The notes under the pieces: model-generated
Seen by the model: the letters and a program-made list of their open reading frames with translations, nothing else
Database searches by the model: none
What the model was told of the DNA's origin: nothing
Position numbers and translations under genes: made by a program
Shown here: piece by piece, positions 1 through 10,200 of the stretch
How positions within the stretch are numbered: the stretch's first letter is position 1
How the letters are laid out: each line of letters opens with the position of its first letter
Assembly (NCBI GenBank): GCA_048013815.1
Contig: CM106586.1
Span: forward strand, 7,874,001 to 7,938,000
Direction: 5' to 3'
Source of the DNA: Setoptus koraiensis
Lineage: Eukaryota; Animalia; Arthropoda
Length of the DNA stretch: 64,000 nt

Positions 1-342
1 GGTGGGTATAGAGAAAATGCCCCGCTGAAATTTTTCTCGTTCAAATTTGGCGCTCACAAAATAATCGAATCGAGAGGGTGCGCAAAATGCTTGTTTAGCG
101 GAAGCAGCATGAAACGAACGCTGATCAGAGATTCACGAATTGTCTTCACAGTCTTTCTTTATTTTAGGAGAACGATAAAAGGTCCCAGACCATTCGATTT
201 AACCAATTATATAACATATTCTAACTAGATTCAATTAACATACAATAAACAATTATTTGGACCTCACTAAGCTTGTAGCGCTCGTTTTCTAGCGTTTTTT
301 GGTTATTATTATATTCGCTGGAAACTAAATTAAATCAACAAG

Positions 343-992
343 ATGCCTTCAAATGCTGTAAGTAACCTCTGACTAACCATGACGATTTGCACCAGGATTC
401 AACCAAACACTCTAAGGCGAATACTATTGGCTTGTTGGCAACTCACTTATTTTTCATTATTTTTATTTCACTTTAGTCTCTCAATCAATACAGAATCATC
501 GGCCGTAAGCTGCCCAGTGAAAAGGAGCCCAGCCCGCCACTCTACCGAATGACTGTCTATGCTCAAGATGAGGTAGTAGCAAAATCTAGATTCTGGTATT
601 TCATGAGAAAGTTGAAAAAGGTCAAGAAGACTGCCGGGCAGATCGTTCAAGTTCAAGAAATTAACGAGAAGAATCCTAACGGTAAAGTTAAAAACTATGG
701 AGTGTGGTTGAGATACGACTCGAGGACTGGAACTCACAACATGTACCGTGAATACCGGGAGTTATCTGTGGCCGCTGCTGTCACCCATGCTTACAGGGAC
801 ATGGGAGCCCGTCACTCTGCTCGCGCATCGTGCATTCAGATCATCCGTGTACTACCGATAGCAGCGAGCAAGTGCCGCAGGCCTCATGTCAAACAATTTC
901 ACGATAGCAAAATTAAGTTCCCGCTACCACAATCATTCGATAGAAAACTCAAGAGATTTACCACACGTAAACCTAAAGCTCGTCTCATATGA
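343..992 (+). CDS. RpL18A: 60S ribosomal protein L18a (eL20); exons 343-357 and 477-992, 176 aa
   Basis: ATG CCT TCA AAT GCT then GTAAGT at 358; acceptor ctttag ends at 476. Spliced product [18 protein letters not shown]...LYRM...[10 protein letters not shown]...[10 protein letters not shown]...[10 protein letters not shown] matches the eL20 family. Confidence 0.97.
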
Positions 993-1181
993 TTGTGTTA
1001 ATCGCGAACACCAAGTTTCAGCTTTGATCACTATTCTACAATGGCAATCATGTCAAGACATTACGATTGTTCGAGGTCGACAAAATAAACTTTGTAAAGA
1101 CAGCTAATGTGACTTGTATAGCAAACAGAATAAATGACTGCAGAGCTGACTCCACATAATGATGCATAATATTTATAGAAT

Positions 1182-2192
1182 TTAATAACTTTCAATTGTC
1201 GGTATCCAAAAGGACATTTTTGAACAAGTAGATGCTAACATCATATACTTGGGGTTAAATTGGACGCAGGTCACGGGGTCAGTTCTTTCTCCCTTTAAAA
1301 CTGATACTTTTCTTCCGTCATTGGCATTCCACACATGAATGCAACCATCATGGGACCCACTAAAAATGTACTGAGAATCCGGCGAGAATGAAGCCTCTAT
1401 GATGTCTTTGGAAACTGAGGGCTGACCAATGCTGAGAGTCTGTTGTGGCTGACCTTGGAAGGCGTCAATTGTATAAATGATGCTTGAATCAGTGGTTATC
1501 ATAATATTCTTACCATCGGGCGAAAATTTAATGCCCGTCCAATTGACTTCTCTTCCGGCTTGAGGTAACTTGAAAGTATTGAAAGGACCTTTATCGAAAG
1601 ACCTCAGATCATATAACTTTACCGACTCGCTGTTAATACCAACTGCAAATATGAGTCCCTCAGGATCGAAATTGGCCACAGGTCTGCCCATGAGATGCAT
1701 CAGGCCTTGACATTGTTGTGATTTGAGATCCCATAATCGTATTGTCTTATCAAGCGAACCAGATAAAAATGTGTCGTCGGCTGGTGACATGCATAAGGTG
1801 ACAACTTTTTTAGTGTGTCCATGGAAGTACCGCAAATACTTGTTGTCATGTAATGAGAGATATCTGATAGTGTCATCGACTTTGTTTGAGGTATGTATGG
1901 CAGTATTGGAGGCATGAGTATGATGAATAAGGTCTACCCCATACTTCTTAGATTGTAATGTTCTTTTGGTGGTTCCCTTCTCGCAATCATAAATAACAAT
2001 AGAGTCGTCTTCAGACGATGATATCAGATTCGAACCATCTTGTGAGAAATCTATGGAGTTAATTCTTGCGGAATTCTCACTGAATTCTTTTGCAACCTTA
2101 AAGGATGTAATAACACTATCCATAAGCTTCATAGCGATTTGATTGGATGCTGAGCGCTCGCTGATGATGTTGTTATGTTTAAGAGAAGACAT
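1182..2192 (-). CDS. WDR82: WD repeat protein 82 (Swd2; COMPASS/PTW-PP1 subunit), single exon
   Basis: [60 protein letters not shown] and [10 protein letters not shown] match WDR82. Confidence 0.95.
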   Translation of the reverse strand: MSSLKHNNIISERSASNQIAMKLMDSVITSFKVAKEFSENSARINSIDFSQDGSNLISSSEDDSIVIYDCEKGTTKRTLQSKKYGVDLIHHTHASNTAIHTSNKVDDTIRYLSLHDNKYLRYFHGHTKKVVTLCMSPADDTFLSGSLDKTIRLWDLKSQQCQGLMHLMGRPVANFDPEGLIFAVGINSESVKLYDLRSFDKGPFNTFKLPQAGREVNWTGIKFSPDGKNIMITTDSSIIYTIDAFQGQPQQTLSIGQPSVSKDIIEASFSPDSQYIFSGSHDGCIHVWNANDGRKVSVLKGERTDPVTCVQFNPKYMMLASTCSKMSFWIPTIESY

Positions 2193-2372
2193 GAAAGAAT
2201 GGTTGTAGACAAAAAGGTCTGAATGTGTTAAAATATTTTATACTGAGAATAAAAGCGTGACAACCTAAGTTATTTTTTTTTTGTATACTCGATATTGTGC
2301 GTGATGCTCACAGATGATCCCTATCGAATACAAATGCATATAAAGGTTATAGAGGCATATTTAGGTGCACGC

Positions 2373-2870
2373 CCAAACGGCGCCAAAGACAGCGCATTGA
2401 GTGCGGTTGCCACGCCTCCACTCTAGGTACACTATTGCGGCATGATCTTATTGTTGACAACCATTGGATTCAAACCAACCAACTCAAGTATTTAATTAAC
2501 TAATCAATACCCATTGAATATCAGCTGAGCTCAAGCCCCCCAGAACATGCTTTCTATGGTTAAAACCACTAGCTTCATTGCCCGAGCTACCAACAAAAAT
2601 GCTAACAAAAATAAACATCAGTATCCGTTCCATGAGTATGTCAGACCAGTAACAAATCCAGAGTTAACTCTCTTCTGCACTGACCTAACAGGTATCATGC
2701 AGTCAACAGTAGACAAATCTGACGATATAAACGTTGTTTTAGTGAGATTTTTGCAATGGATGCACGAACACGGACTAATATCCGATGATTACCAGGAGTC
2801 AGTGCTAGACTTTTCATTTGTATCAAATGGCGAACTAGAGGTTGGTTCTGCACGTTACTTGTTATGTTAA
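2373..2870 (+). pseudogene. Internally deleted, 3'-truncated copy of the ATPsyn-beta-presequence/ERI3 chimera (ORF 2547-2870, 107 aa)
   Basis: Near-identical to 4715-4929 and 5116-5346. Codons 15-76 of the full copy are replaced by TNKN, and homology stops before the second catalytic Asp, so all five catalytic residues are missing. Confidence 0.85.
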
Positions 2871-3239
2871 CTGCTTCATCTGAGAAGCCCCTTTCAAGAA
2901 TTTGATTGTGAACCCCTCAGTTCTAGCAGGTGACGGTCAAAAGATGAACAAGAGGTTGAAGAACTATCTCGACTCTTCTGAGCTCATCAGAAAATTTGCA
3001 TCTTGATGATCAGATTGTATGGCGAAATCAAGAGATCTAAGTTTCAGCTAACGTAATAGGTGTAGCTAGCGTGATGAACGAACAAGAGACAAACAAAGAT
3101 GATCGTTTGTTGTATTATAGAGGAAGCACTGAATTTATTGTACAATGATATTCAACTCAACTTGCATCCGCTCTATTGATTCCGAAGACGTTGTAAATTA
3201 TGACCTAACTATAATAGTGTCAAGTTAAGATTCTCTGTT

Positions 3240-4109
3240 TCACTGATGATCCTTGCTTGACTGAGACTTTTTGCTGATGATTTTATTTTTGAAATCTTTA
3301 AATTTCTTGCTAATCTTTCCCTCCGAGCTTCCTGTGCCTGATGATGTAGTAGGCGACAAGTCATGTGATGTGCGACTATTCTTGTGAGGTTTCGACTTAC
3401 TGCGACCTCCACTAGATGATGGTCTTGTTTGATTAACGTGAGCGCTATCGTGATATTGCTGCCCATCTTCACCTGCTGAAGAAGTTAGAGCGAGCTGTCC
3501 TGGTCTCTTTAGCATCATTGATCGATTTTTGTTTGTGGAGCCAATGTAACATGACCTTGCGGTGTTTCGCCACTCTTGCTCGAATTGGTCCACCTCTTCA
3601 TCATCTAGATTAATACACTCGGTGACTTGTTCCTCGTCGCCCGTGTAAGCGTTTTTAGATTTCTTTTTGATATGTGCTTTGTCGGCAATATGATGACCGA
3701 TAGACATCTCTTGGTGACCAGTCCTGGAGTCACGAATAGATGATTTTGTCTCCTTGATACCTCCAGGACCTTGGGTGGAAGCATGTGATTCTTGATATAC
3801 CTGCCTTCTACCGTGCTCGTCTGTTGTGTAACTAGTAGACGAAAATGACGAGTGAACAACTCCGTTAGACATACCTGGAAAGCCCGAGAACATCGTCTGC
3901 CCGAATAGGTTTGCTGGCTGCATAAATTGTGATTGATTGCCTCCCCGTTGGGCCTGCATCAGCTGCATGCCTCCTCCATTCATCATTTGATTGTTTGCCT
4001 CGAGCATACCCATAAATGGTGCAAATGGATCAAATGGGCCATGGCCCATACCGCTCAGATCTCCGAATGGCATCATCATAGAGCGCATCATGTTATCCAT
4101 GAGATCCAT
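3240..4109 (-). CDS. Mlf: Myeloid leukemia factor family protein
   Basis: GPGGIKETKSSIRDSRTGHQEMSIGHHIADKAHIKKKSKNAYTGDEE...NLDDEEVDQFEQEW is the MLF1/MLF2 core; Met/Gly/Phe-rich N-terminus. Confidence 0.92.
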   Translation of the reverse strand: MDLMDNMMRSMMMPFGDLSGMGHGPFDPFAPFMGMLEANNQMMNGGGMQLMQAQRGGNQSQFMQPANLFGQTMFSGFPGMSNGVVHSSFSSTSYTTDEHGRRQVYQESHASTQGPGGIKETKSSIRDSRTGHQEMSIGHHIADKAHIKKKSKNAYTGDEEQVTECINLDDEEVDQFEQEWRNTARSCYIGSTNKNRSMMLKRPGQLALTSSAGEDGQQYHDSAHVNQTRPSSSGGRSKSKPHKNSRTSHDLSPTTSSGTGSSEGKISKKFKDFKNKIISKKSQSSKDHQ

Positions 4110-4887
4110 TGTAGCAAAATTTAATTTGTTGTTACAGGCTGTTGATAATTTAAAAATTGATGGCTGGCGTGATTGAATGATAATTGAATGTGGCAGCTGG
4201 ATAAATACGACGTGATAGATTTGAGTGATAATTAATTAGGTCCAATGCGTCCGTTTAATACAATAGCGTATTCATATGCTAGGCACGACAATAAAAATGT
4301 TGACACGAATTTTCTCGAATGCGCACATCCGCGAATGCGTTTAAAAACTCGTATATGCGCACTTGAGGGGGACAGGCACACACAGCGTCCCCTTTCAACA
4401 TGTTTTCAACAATAGTACAGGGTGACTCAATAGAGACCGTATTGTGCGAGATTTTTTCAATGGCCAATGGCCATACACTGGGTTCAATACAAATCCGCCA
4501 GGGCGACGCTACCCTGCTTACTGAAGTGCGTATAATCAGTGCTGGCACTCGATCATGAGGAATATAGATATCTGCAGATTGATTGCGAAAAATTGCGCTT
4601 AATAAACGACATCCGATCAGTCAAAAACATTTGATAGTGACATGTTGTTACTAATTTCGATTCACAACTGGATGTTGTGACCAACCAATGTGATGTGATC
4701 GTTCACCCGAGCTACCAAACGGCGCCAAGACCGCGCATTGAGTGCGGTTGCCACGCCTCCACTCTAGGTACACTATTGCGGCATGATCTTATTGTTGACA
4801 ACCATTGGATTCAAACCAACCAACTCAAGTATTTAATTAACTAATCAATACCCATTGAATATCAGCTGAGCTCAAGCCCCCCAGAAC

Positions 4888-5640
4888 ATGCTTTCTATGG
4901 TTAAAACCACTAGCTTCATTGCCCGAGCTGCCAAGCCGTATGCCCTCTCAAAATTGCCTGCTGTAAGACCAGCATTAGCTTGCTTGGAGCAAAAAAGATA
5001 TGCATCCATCAGCACATTATTGTTACCCATAGATATGGAATGTACCTGTGACAGCCCCGTGCAGATATATCCTATGGAGATTATCGAAATGGCTTGCATC
5101 AAAATAGACTTGAGTGCTAACAAAAATAAACATCAGTATCCGTTCCATGAGTATGTCAGACCAGTAACAAATCCAGAGTTAACTCTCTTCTGCACTGACC
5201 TAACAGGTATCATGCAGTCAACGGTAGACAAATCTGACGATATAAACGTTGTTTTAGTGAGATTCTTGCAATGGATGCACGAACACGGACTAATATCCGA
5301 TGATTACCAGGAGTCAGTGCTAGACTTTTCGTTTGTGTCAAGTGGCAACAATGATCTCAGATGGTTGATGCCACATCTAGAGAAGTATTATAGTGCGCGA
5401 GAAAAAGAAGTTCCTGGATTCTTCAAGCAGTGGATCAATATAAAAAAACCCTTCGTACAAATAACTCGTCGATGGCCTCGAGGAATATTTCAAATGCTTG
5501 AAATATTGGGTGAGACTCCAAGAGGTAGATTACATTCGGCAATTGACGATTGTACGAACTTGGCTACGGTAATCGAACTTCTACATAAGCGTGGTTGTGA
5601 TTTTCAACAACCATTTCAGGGTGTTAAATTCAGAGAGTAA
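4888..5640 (+). CDS. Chimeric gene: ATP synthase beta mitochondrial presequence (aa 1-40) fused to ERI3-like DEDDh 3'-5' exoribonuclease
   Basis: 4888-5007 matches 13837-13956 at 116/120 nt. The rest has IDMECTCD...EIIE, FHEYVRPVTNPELTLFCTDLTGI, GNNDL, FKQWINIKK and GRLHSAIDDCTNLA, typical of ERI3; D49, E51, D156, H216 and D221 are present. Confidence 0.92.
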   Translation: MLSMVKTTSFIARAAKPYALSKLPAVRPALACLEQKRYASISTLLLPIDMECTCDSPVQIYPMEIIEMACIKIDLSANKNKHQYPFHEYVRPVTNPELTLFCTDLTGIMQSTVDKSDDINVVLVRFLQWMHEHGLISDDYQESVLDFSFVSSGNNDLRWLMPHLEKYYSAREKEVPGFFKQWINIKKPFVQITRRWPRGIFQMLEILGETPRGRLHSAIDDCTNLATVIELLHKRGCDFQQPFQGVKFRE

Positions 5641-5944
5641 AGCAACAAAAAGAAAACAAACTGTAATGCTCGCATAATCTCTCTGAACATATGTTCAAAA
5701 GAATTCGAGCACAACAAGTCCGAGTAATTGTGTCCGAGTCAGCATAAGTCCTATTCACCAAGCACAATTATTGATTTTGAGCCGCCATCTGCACGCTGTA
5801 GCCTTTACAGTGCATTAGCAACTATTGCAAAAAAGAACTGTCGAGCATAGCCTTGGTAGTTCATGATCATGCTTGACACCCTTAATACAGTTTATTCATT
5901 AATATTAGATAATCATCATTAGTGTCACTATAACCTCATTTATC

Positions 5945-7183
5945 ATGATTTTTCATCAGCGGTGCTCTCCTTTGCTCATGGTGATCTCATACACACTGTT
6001 GATTATTAATCAATTCATATTAACCAAACAAACAGTTTTGACAATGACGGGCACTATTAACTCAACTAAAAAAATGGATGCCATGGTACTGTTTGATGAG
6101 TGGAAATCTAAAATGATGAAACTACAAGAACAAGATGTCACAGTAGCCCCGAATACATCCTTAGGTCCTCATTTCGCACCCCAATCGAGCCAATTCGCGA
6201 CAAATAAGTCAGCTAGCCAGAGGCCAAAAACTGGTGGAAAAAATTATGCCTCCATGGAATGTGCTAAAGTAGTAGACGCCAATCAGGAGGCGGAGGGAAC
6301 ATCTCGGGTAGTCAATGAGCATATGGATGAATATATGTTGAACCCTTGTAAAGCAAAAATATGGTTTGTTATAGAATTATGTGAATCTATACATGCAAGA
6401 CATTTTGAGATAGCAAATTTTGAACTATTTTCATCCATCCCAAAAGATCTCACTGTGTATTCTAGTGATACGTATCCGACCACAGACTGGAATTTGATTG
6501 GTCAATTTACAGCGGCTGATTCGCGCACACTACAATCATTTGATTTGGATCAGAAAGGATTTGGCAAATTTATCAGGGTTGAAATGCATTCACATTATGG
6601 CAAAGAACACTTTTGTCCAATAAGTGTCGTTAGAGTTTTCGGAACCTCAATGGTTGATGAGTATGAGATCAATGAGGCTGAGCCAAACCATAAATCCAAG
6701 TTGGTGGCTAAATATCGCAAGAGACAAGACTCCAGATTCACCATATATTTCAGAGTCATGACAGGTGAGCAAGTCAGTTGTATCGATAGGAATTGTGAAC
6801 GTGCCTTCACACAGAATAATATCACCACAATTGTTAGTAGTCCGGTAGTTCAGCCATCGACAAGTCAATCAAAAGAGTCAGTGTTTGTTAGATTGAGCAA
6901 TCGAGTCAAAGTATTAGAATTGAATGTCTCATTGAGCAGTCAATACCTCGAGGAACTGAGTCAACGTTACAGACGCCAGATGGATGACTTGCAGCATCAG
7001 TTGGAAAACTCAATAAACAACATAAAAAAGATAGAAGACTTGGTCCATGAGAGAGATATTTATCATTGGAAATTGCTATTGCTACTATTCATTATACATG
7101 CTGCAATATTAATTCTGATAACAACAATCATCATCGTGGTTGTGCGATATTACGTTAAAATCCTACTGAATATCTTAGACTAA
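5945..7183 (+). CDS. SUCO: SUN domain-containing ossification factor (SUCO/Slp1-type mid-SUN protein), compact 412 aa
   Basis: NYASMECAKVV, YMLNPCKAKIWFVIELCE, ANFELFSS, HYGKEHFCPISVVRVFGTSMVDEYE, ESVFVRLSNRVKVLELNVSLSSQYLEELSQRYRRQM; hydrophobic N-terminal segment and C-terminal TM helix. Confidence 0.93.
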   Translation: MIFHQRCSPLLMVISYTLLIINQFILTKQTVLTMTGTINSTKKMDAMVLFDEWKSKMMKLQEQDVTVAPNTSLGPHFAPQSSQFATNKSASQRPKTGGKNYASMECAKVVDANQEAEGTSRVVNEHMDEYMLNPCKAKIWFVIELCESIHARHFEIANFELFSSIPKDLTVYSSDTYPTTDWNLIGQFTAADSRTLQSFDLDQKGFGKFIRVEMHSHYGKEHFCPISVVRVFGTSMVDEYEINEAEPNHKSKLVAKYRKRQDSRFTIYFRVMTGEQVSCIDRNCERAFTQNNITTIVSSPVVQPSTSQSKESVFVRLSNRVKVLELNVSLSSQYLEELSQRYRRQMDDLQHQLENSINNIKKIEDLVHERDIYHWKLLLLLFIIHAAILILITTIIIVVVRYYVKILLNILD

Positions 7184-7288
7184 ATGGATTACCTAAAGAG
7201 AATATTTATTTTTGTTGTTTTTTCTCATAACGTATTTGTTGATGGAAGGTAAATGTATAAACAGAGACATTAAAAACTAGTTACAGAA

Positions 7289-10200
7289 TCATCGAAATTC
7301 ACTTTTTAACCGCCAAAAACCAGAATTATTCCTGCGGCTGAAATCACATAACTTATGGAGTAAGGACTTGAATATCGGCGTCTTCGATGGATTGAATTTG
7401 TTCTTGAAGAACTCTAAGAGTTCGTTAGTCTCAGCTTCACCATCTTTAGCCGCCCGGAAGGAGATGAATGTTCTGATTTCATCAGCCATCTCATCAACTC
7501 TGAATTCTGGATCTGATGAGTTGAATTCCGAAAAATTACCACCCGTATCATCATCACTATCTTCATCGTCACCGAACACGTCAGCATTCGGACGATTGCC
7601 TGGATTCAGTCTGACAGGATTCATGGAGTTCCTCTTCTTTATGGCCGACAGGAGGGATCCTTGTGATGAGTTTGATCCACCTGTCGTTGATACTTTAGTC
7701 CTCTGTCTAAATTTAGTAAGACTGTTCTCAACGGAAATCTGTCCGTTTCTTCCAGTCCAGTTGGGAATACCAGATGACGCTCCAAGGCAGGCTCGACGCG
7801 AGGCCTTAAGAGCTTTGATCGCATCCATTGCCACTTTGTGGGCTTCGCTTTCAACAATCTTATAATCTGCACCACTATCTGATTCAATCTTGTCGTGATG
7901 CAAAGCACCTTGAATATCCGATTTCTTGAACAATCTTTGAAGTATGTAATCATCTTTCTGAGAATCAGTGAGATCTTTTTTATCATCGATCCTATCTTTA
8001 TCTACTCTGTACATGTCTTGCTTGACAAGATAGTCTACTCTAATTTTTTTAGATTTATCTATTTTCTCAAGCATCGTTGAGGTAGACGGTTTGAGGTCGA
8101 CTTTAGTTACTTGTGATTGTTCTGCGACGTGAGTTTTGACTCCTGATTGTCCTTCTCCACTGTACTTATCAGCAATCATCTTACTTAGCTGCTTGACACG
8201 TTCCCGCATTTGGGTAATCTGGTCTTGGCTCAGTTCGATTCTTTCGCTTGAAGTTGTTTCTATCTTCCTTTTCTTAATCCGTTTATCGCTTCCTGTTTTC
8301 GGTGCTGAAATTTGAAGATCTTCATCGAACAAGGCATTTGTCTCTATGTTCTTGTCGTTATCACTTAGAGTGAATAGCTCATGAAGATCGTTGGTTTTGA
8401 AGAAACGCTTTTGTTTAGTATCTTTTAAGATTCTGTTTGTGAGGTACAATTTAAACACTTGTCTATGGTATATTTTTTCTTCAATTGTACCAGCTGTTAT
8501 AAGTCTATAAATTGTGACTTGCCTCTGTTGGCCTATTCTCCATGCACGTTCCCTCGCTTGCATATCGGTGGATGGGTTCCAATCTGGATCGAAAATTATT
8601 ATCCTGTTAGCCCCGGTTAAATTCACTCCAATCCCTCCGACACGAGTTGTAAGTAGAAATATGAAAATTTCTGGTAATCTGTTGAACTTATCCACAAGTA
8701 TCTGGCGAGATCCTATTGGTGTTCCGCCATCCATGATTAGAAATGAATATTGTCTGTTCTCTAGATGCATCTTTAAGATCTTCAGCATCTGCTTGCTTTG
8801 TGAAAATAGGAGAACTTTCTGATTTTGCTTCTTCCACAATCTAAGTAGAGCGTCTACAACCATCATCTTGCCTGATTTTTTATAGTAACCATAATGCAGC
8901 GTTTTATTCTTTTCAAACTCAATAGGATCATTTTGAGAGGCTAGTTCGCATTCCGTTGAGTCGAAAAGGTCAGGATGATTGCAGATCTTTCGCAATTGTA
9001 TTAATCCGACAAATATTTTACAAGAACCATTCCGTATGTCCTTCACTGCCGGAGAATCTAAGTAAGCTTGGTACATTTTTCGCTGATGGGGAGTTAACTT
9101 GCAAAACAAAACTTGCTCACTACGCTCTGGTAATTTCAGGCGATCTTTTACCTCCGTCTTTGTTCTTCTTAACAGATATGGCTTAATTGCATCACGGAGA
9201 ACACAAGCACATTTGTAGGCAACTTGTAATTGAACATCTGTAGCATTGGCATACCCGCCTTGAGTGATGGGTATGGCGAAGTGCTCCATGAAGACTGGTA
9301 GTGTTCCCAACTTGCCCGGATATATATAATCAAAAACGGACCAAAGTTCCTTTAGATTATTTTGTATGGGAGAACCCGACATGATGATTCGATGAGGTGT
9401 GCGGAATCTCTTACAAGCCAACGTGACCTGGGCGTCAGGATTGCGTATTTTATGCCCTTCATCTAATATAGCGTAATGCCAATCAAATGCATGTAATGCA
9501 TCTTGATAAATGACTGCACCTTGGTAAGAAGTTATCAGAATTCCTCGTGTTCTATTCATATTCTCAACCAAAAGTTTTCTCTTTCCAGAAAAAGATCCTG
9601 TGCTATGTAAGATAGCAACCCTAAACGGCGGCCACCATTTTCTGAATTCCATGAGCCATTGATGCATCACAGTTGCGGGACATACTAGAACAACAGGTCC
9701 TAGTTGTTCGTAGTCCTTGCGATAACTTGGTATCACTGAGTTTCGAAGAGCGCTTAGGAAAGCTATAACCTGAATAGTCTTACCAAGACCCATCTCATCA
9801 CCAATAATACCTCCGGCACCCAATTGATGTAGTTCCCAAAGCCATCTTACCCCGGTCTGCTGATATTCATAGAGATTATTCCAGATTTCTTCTGGTATTT
9901 TGAATTTTCCATCAATAGTGTGCAGTTGGTCCAACTTTTTTATTTCAGTGCCATCAGGTAGAATATTGTCGAGCCTCAGTTGTGCCTTGTGCTTTGCGAA
10001 TTCTTTCATTCTTCGTTGATAACATTTGTAGTCTCCATCATCAACTAACCGCTTTTTGCTTTTACTTTTAGGGCATTCAGCAACATCATGTTCAGATGAA
10101 GTTTCATCAGAATAAATATTCACATCTTCATCACTATTGATATCGTTGTGGTCAAGTTCTTGTTTGTCTTCTGGGCTAGAATCTCTGCTTCTCTTTCGAC

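Noticed and set aside
5641-5662. A-rich tract after the chimera stop as a retrocopy poly(A) remnant
   Set aside because: Interrupted, directly abutting the stop codon, with no target-site duplication. A-rich 3' UTRs are common here and intronlessness is the genome norm, so retroposition cannot be inferred.
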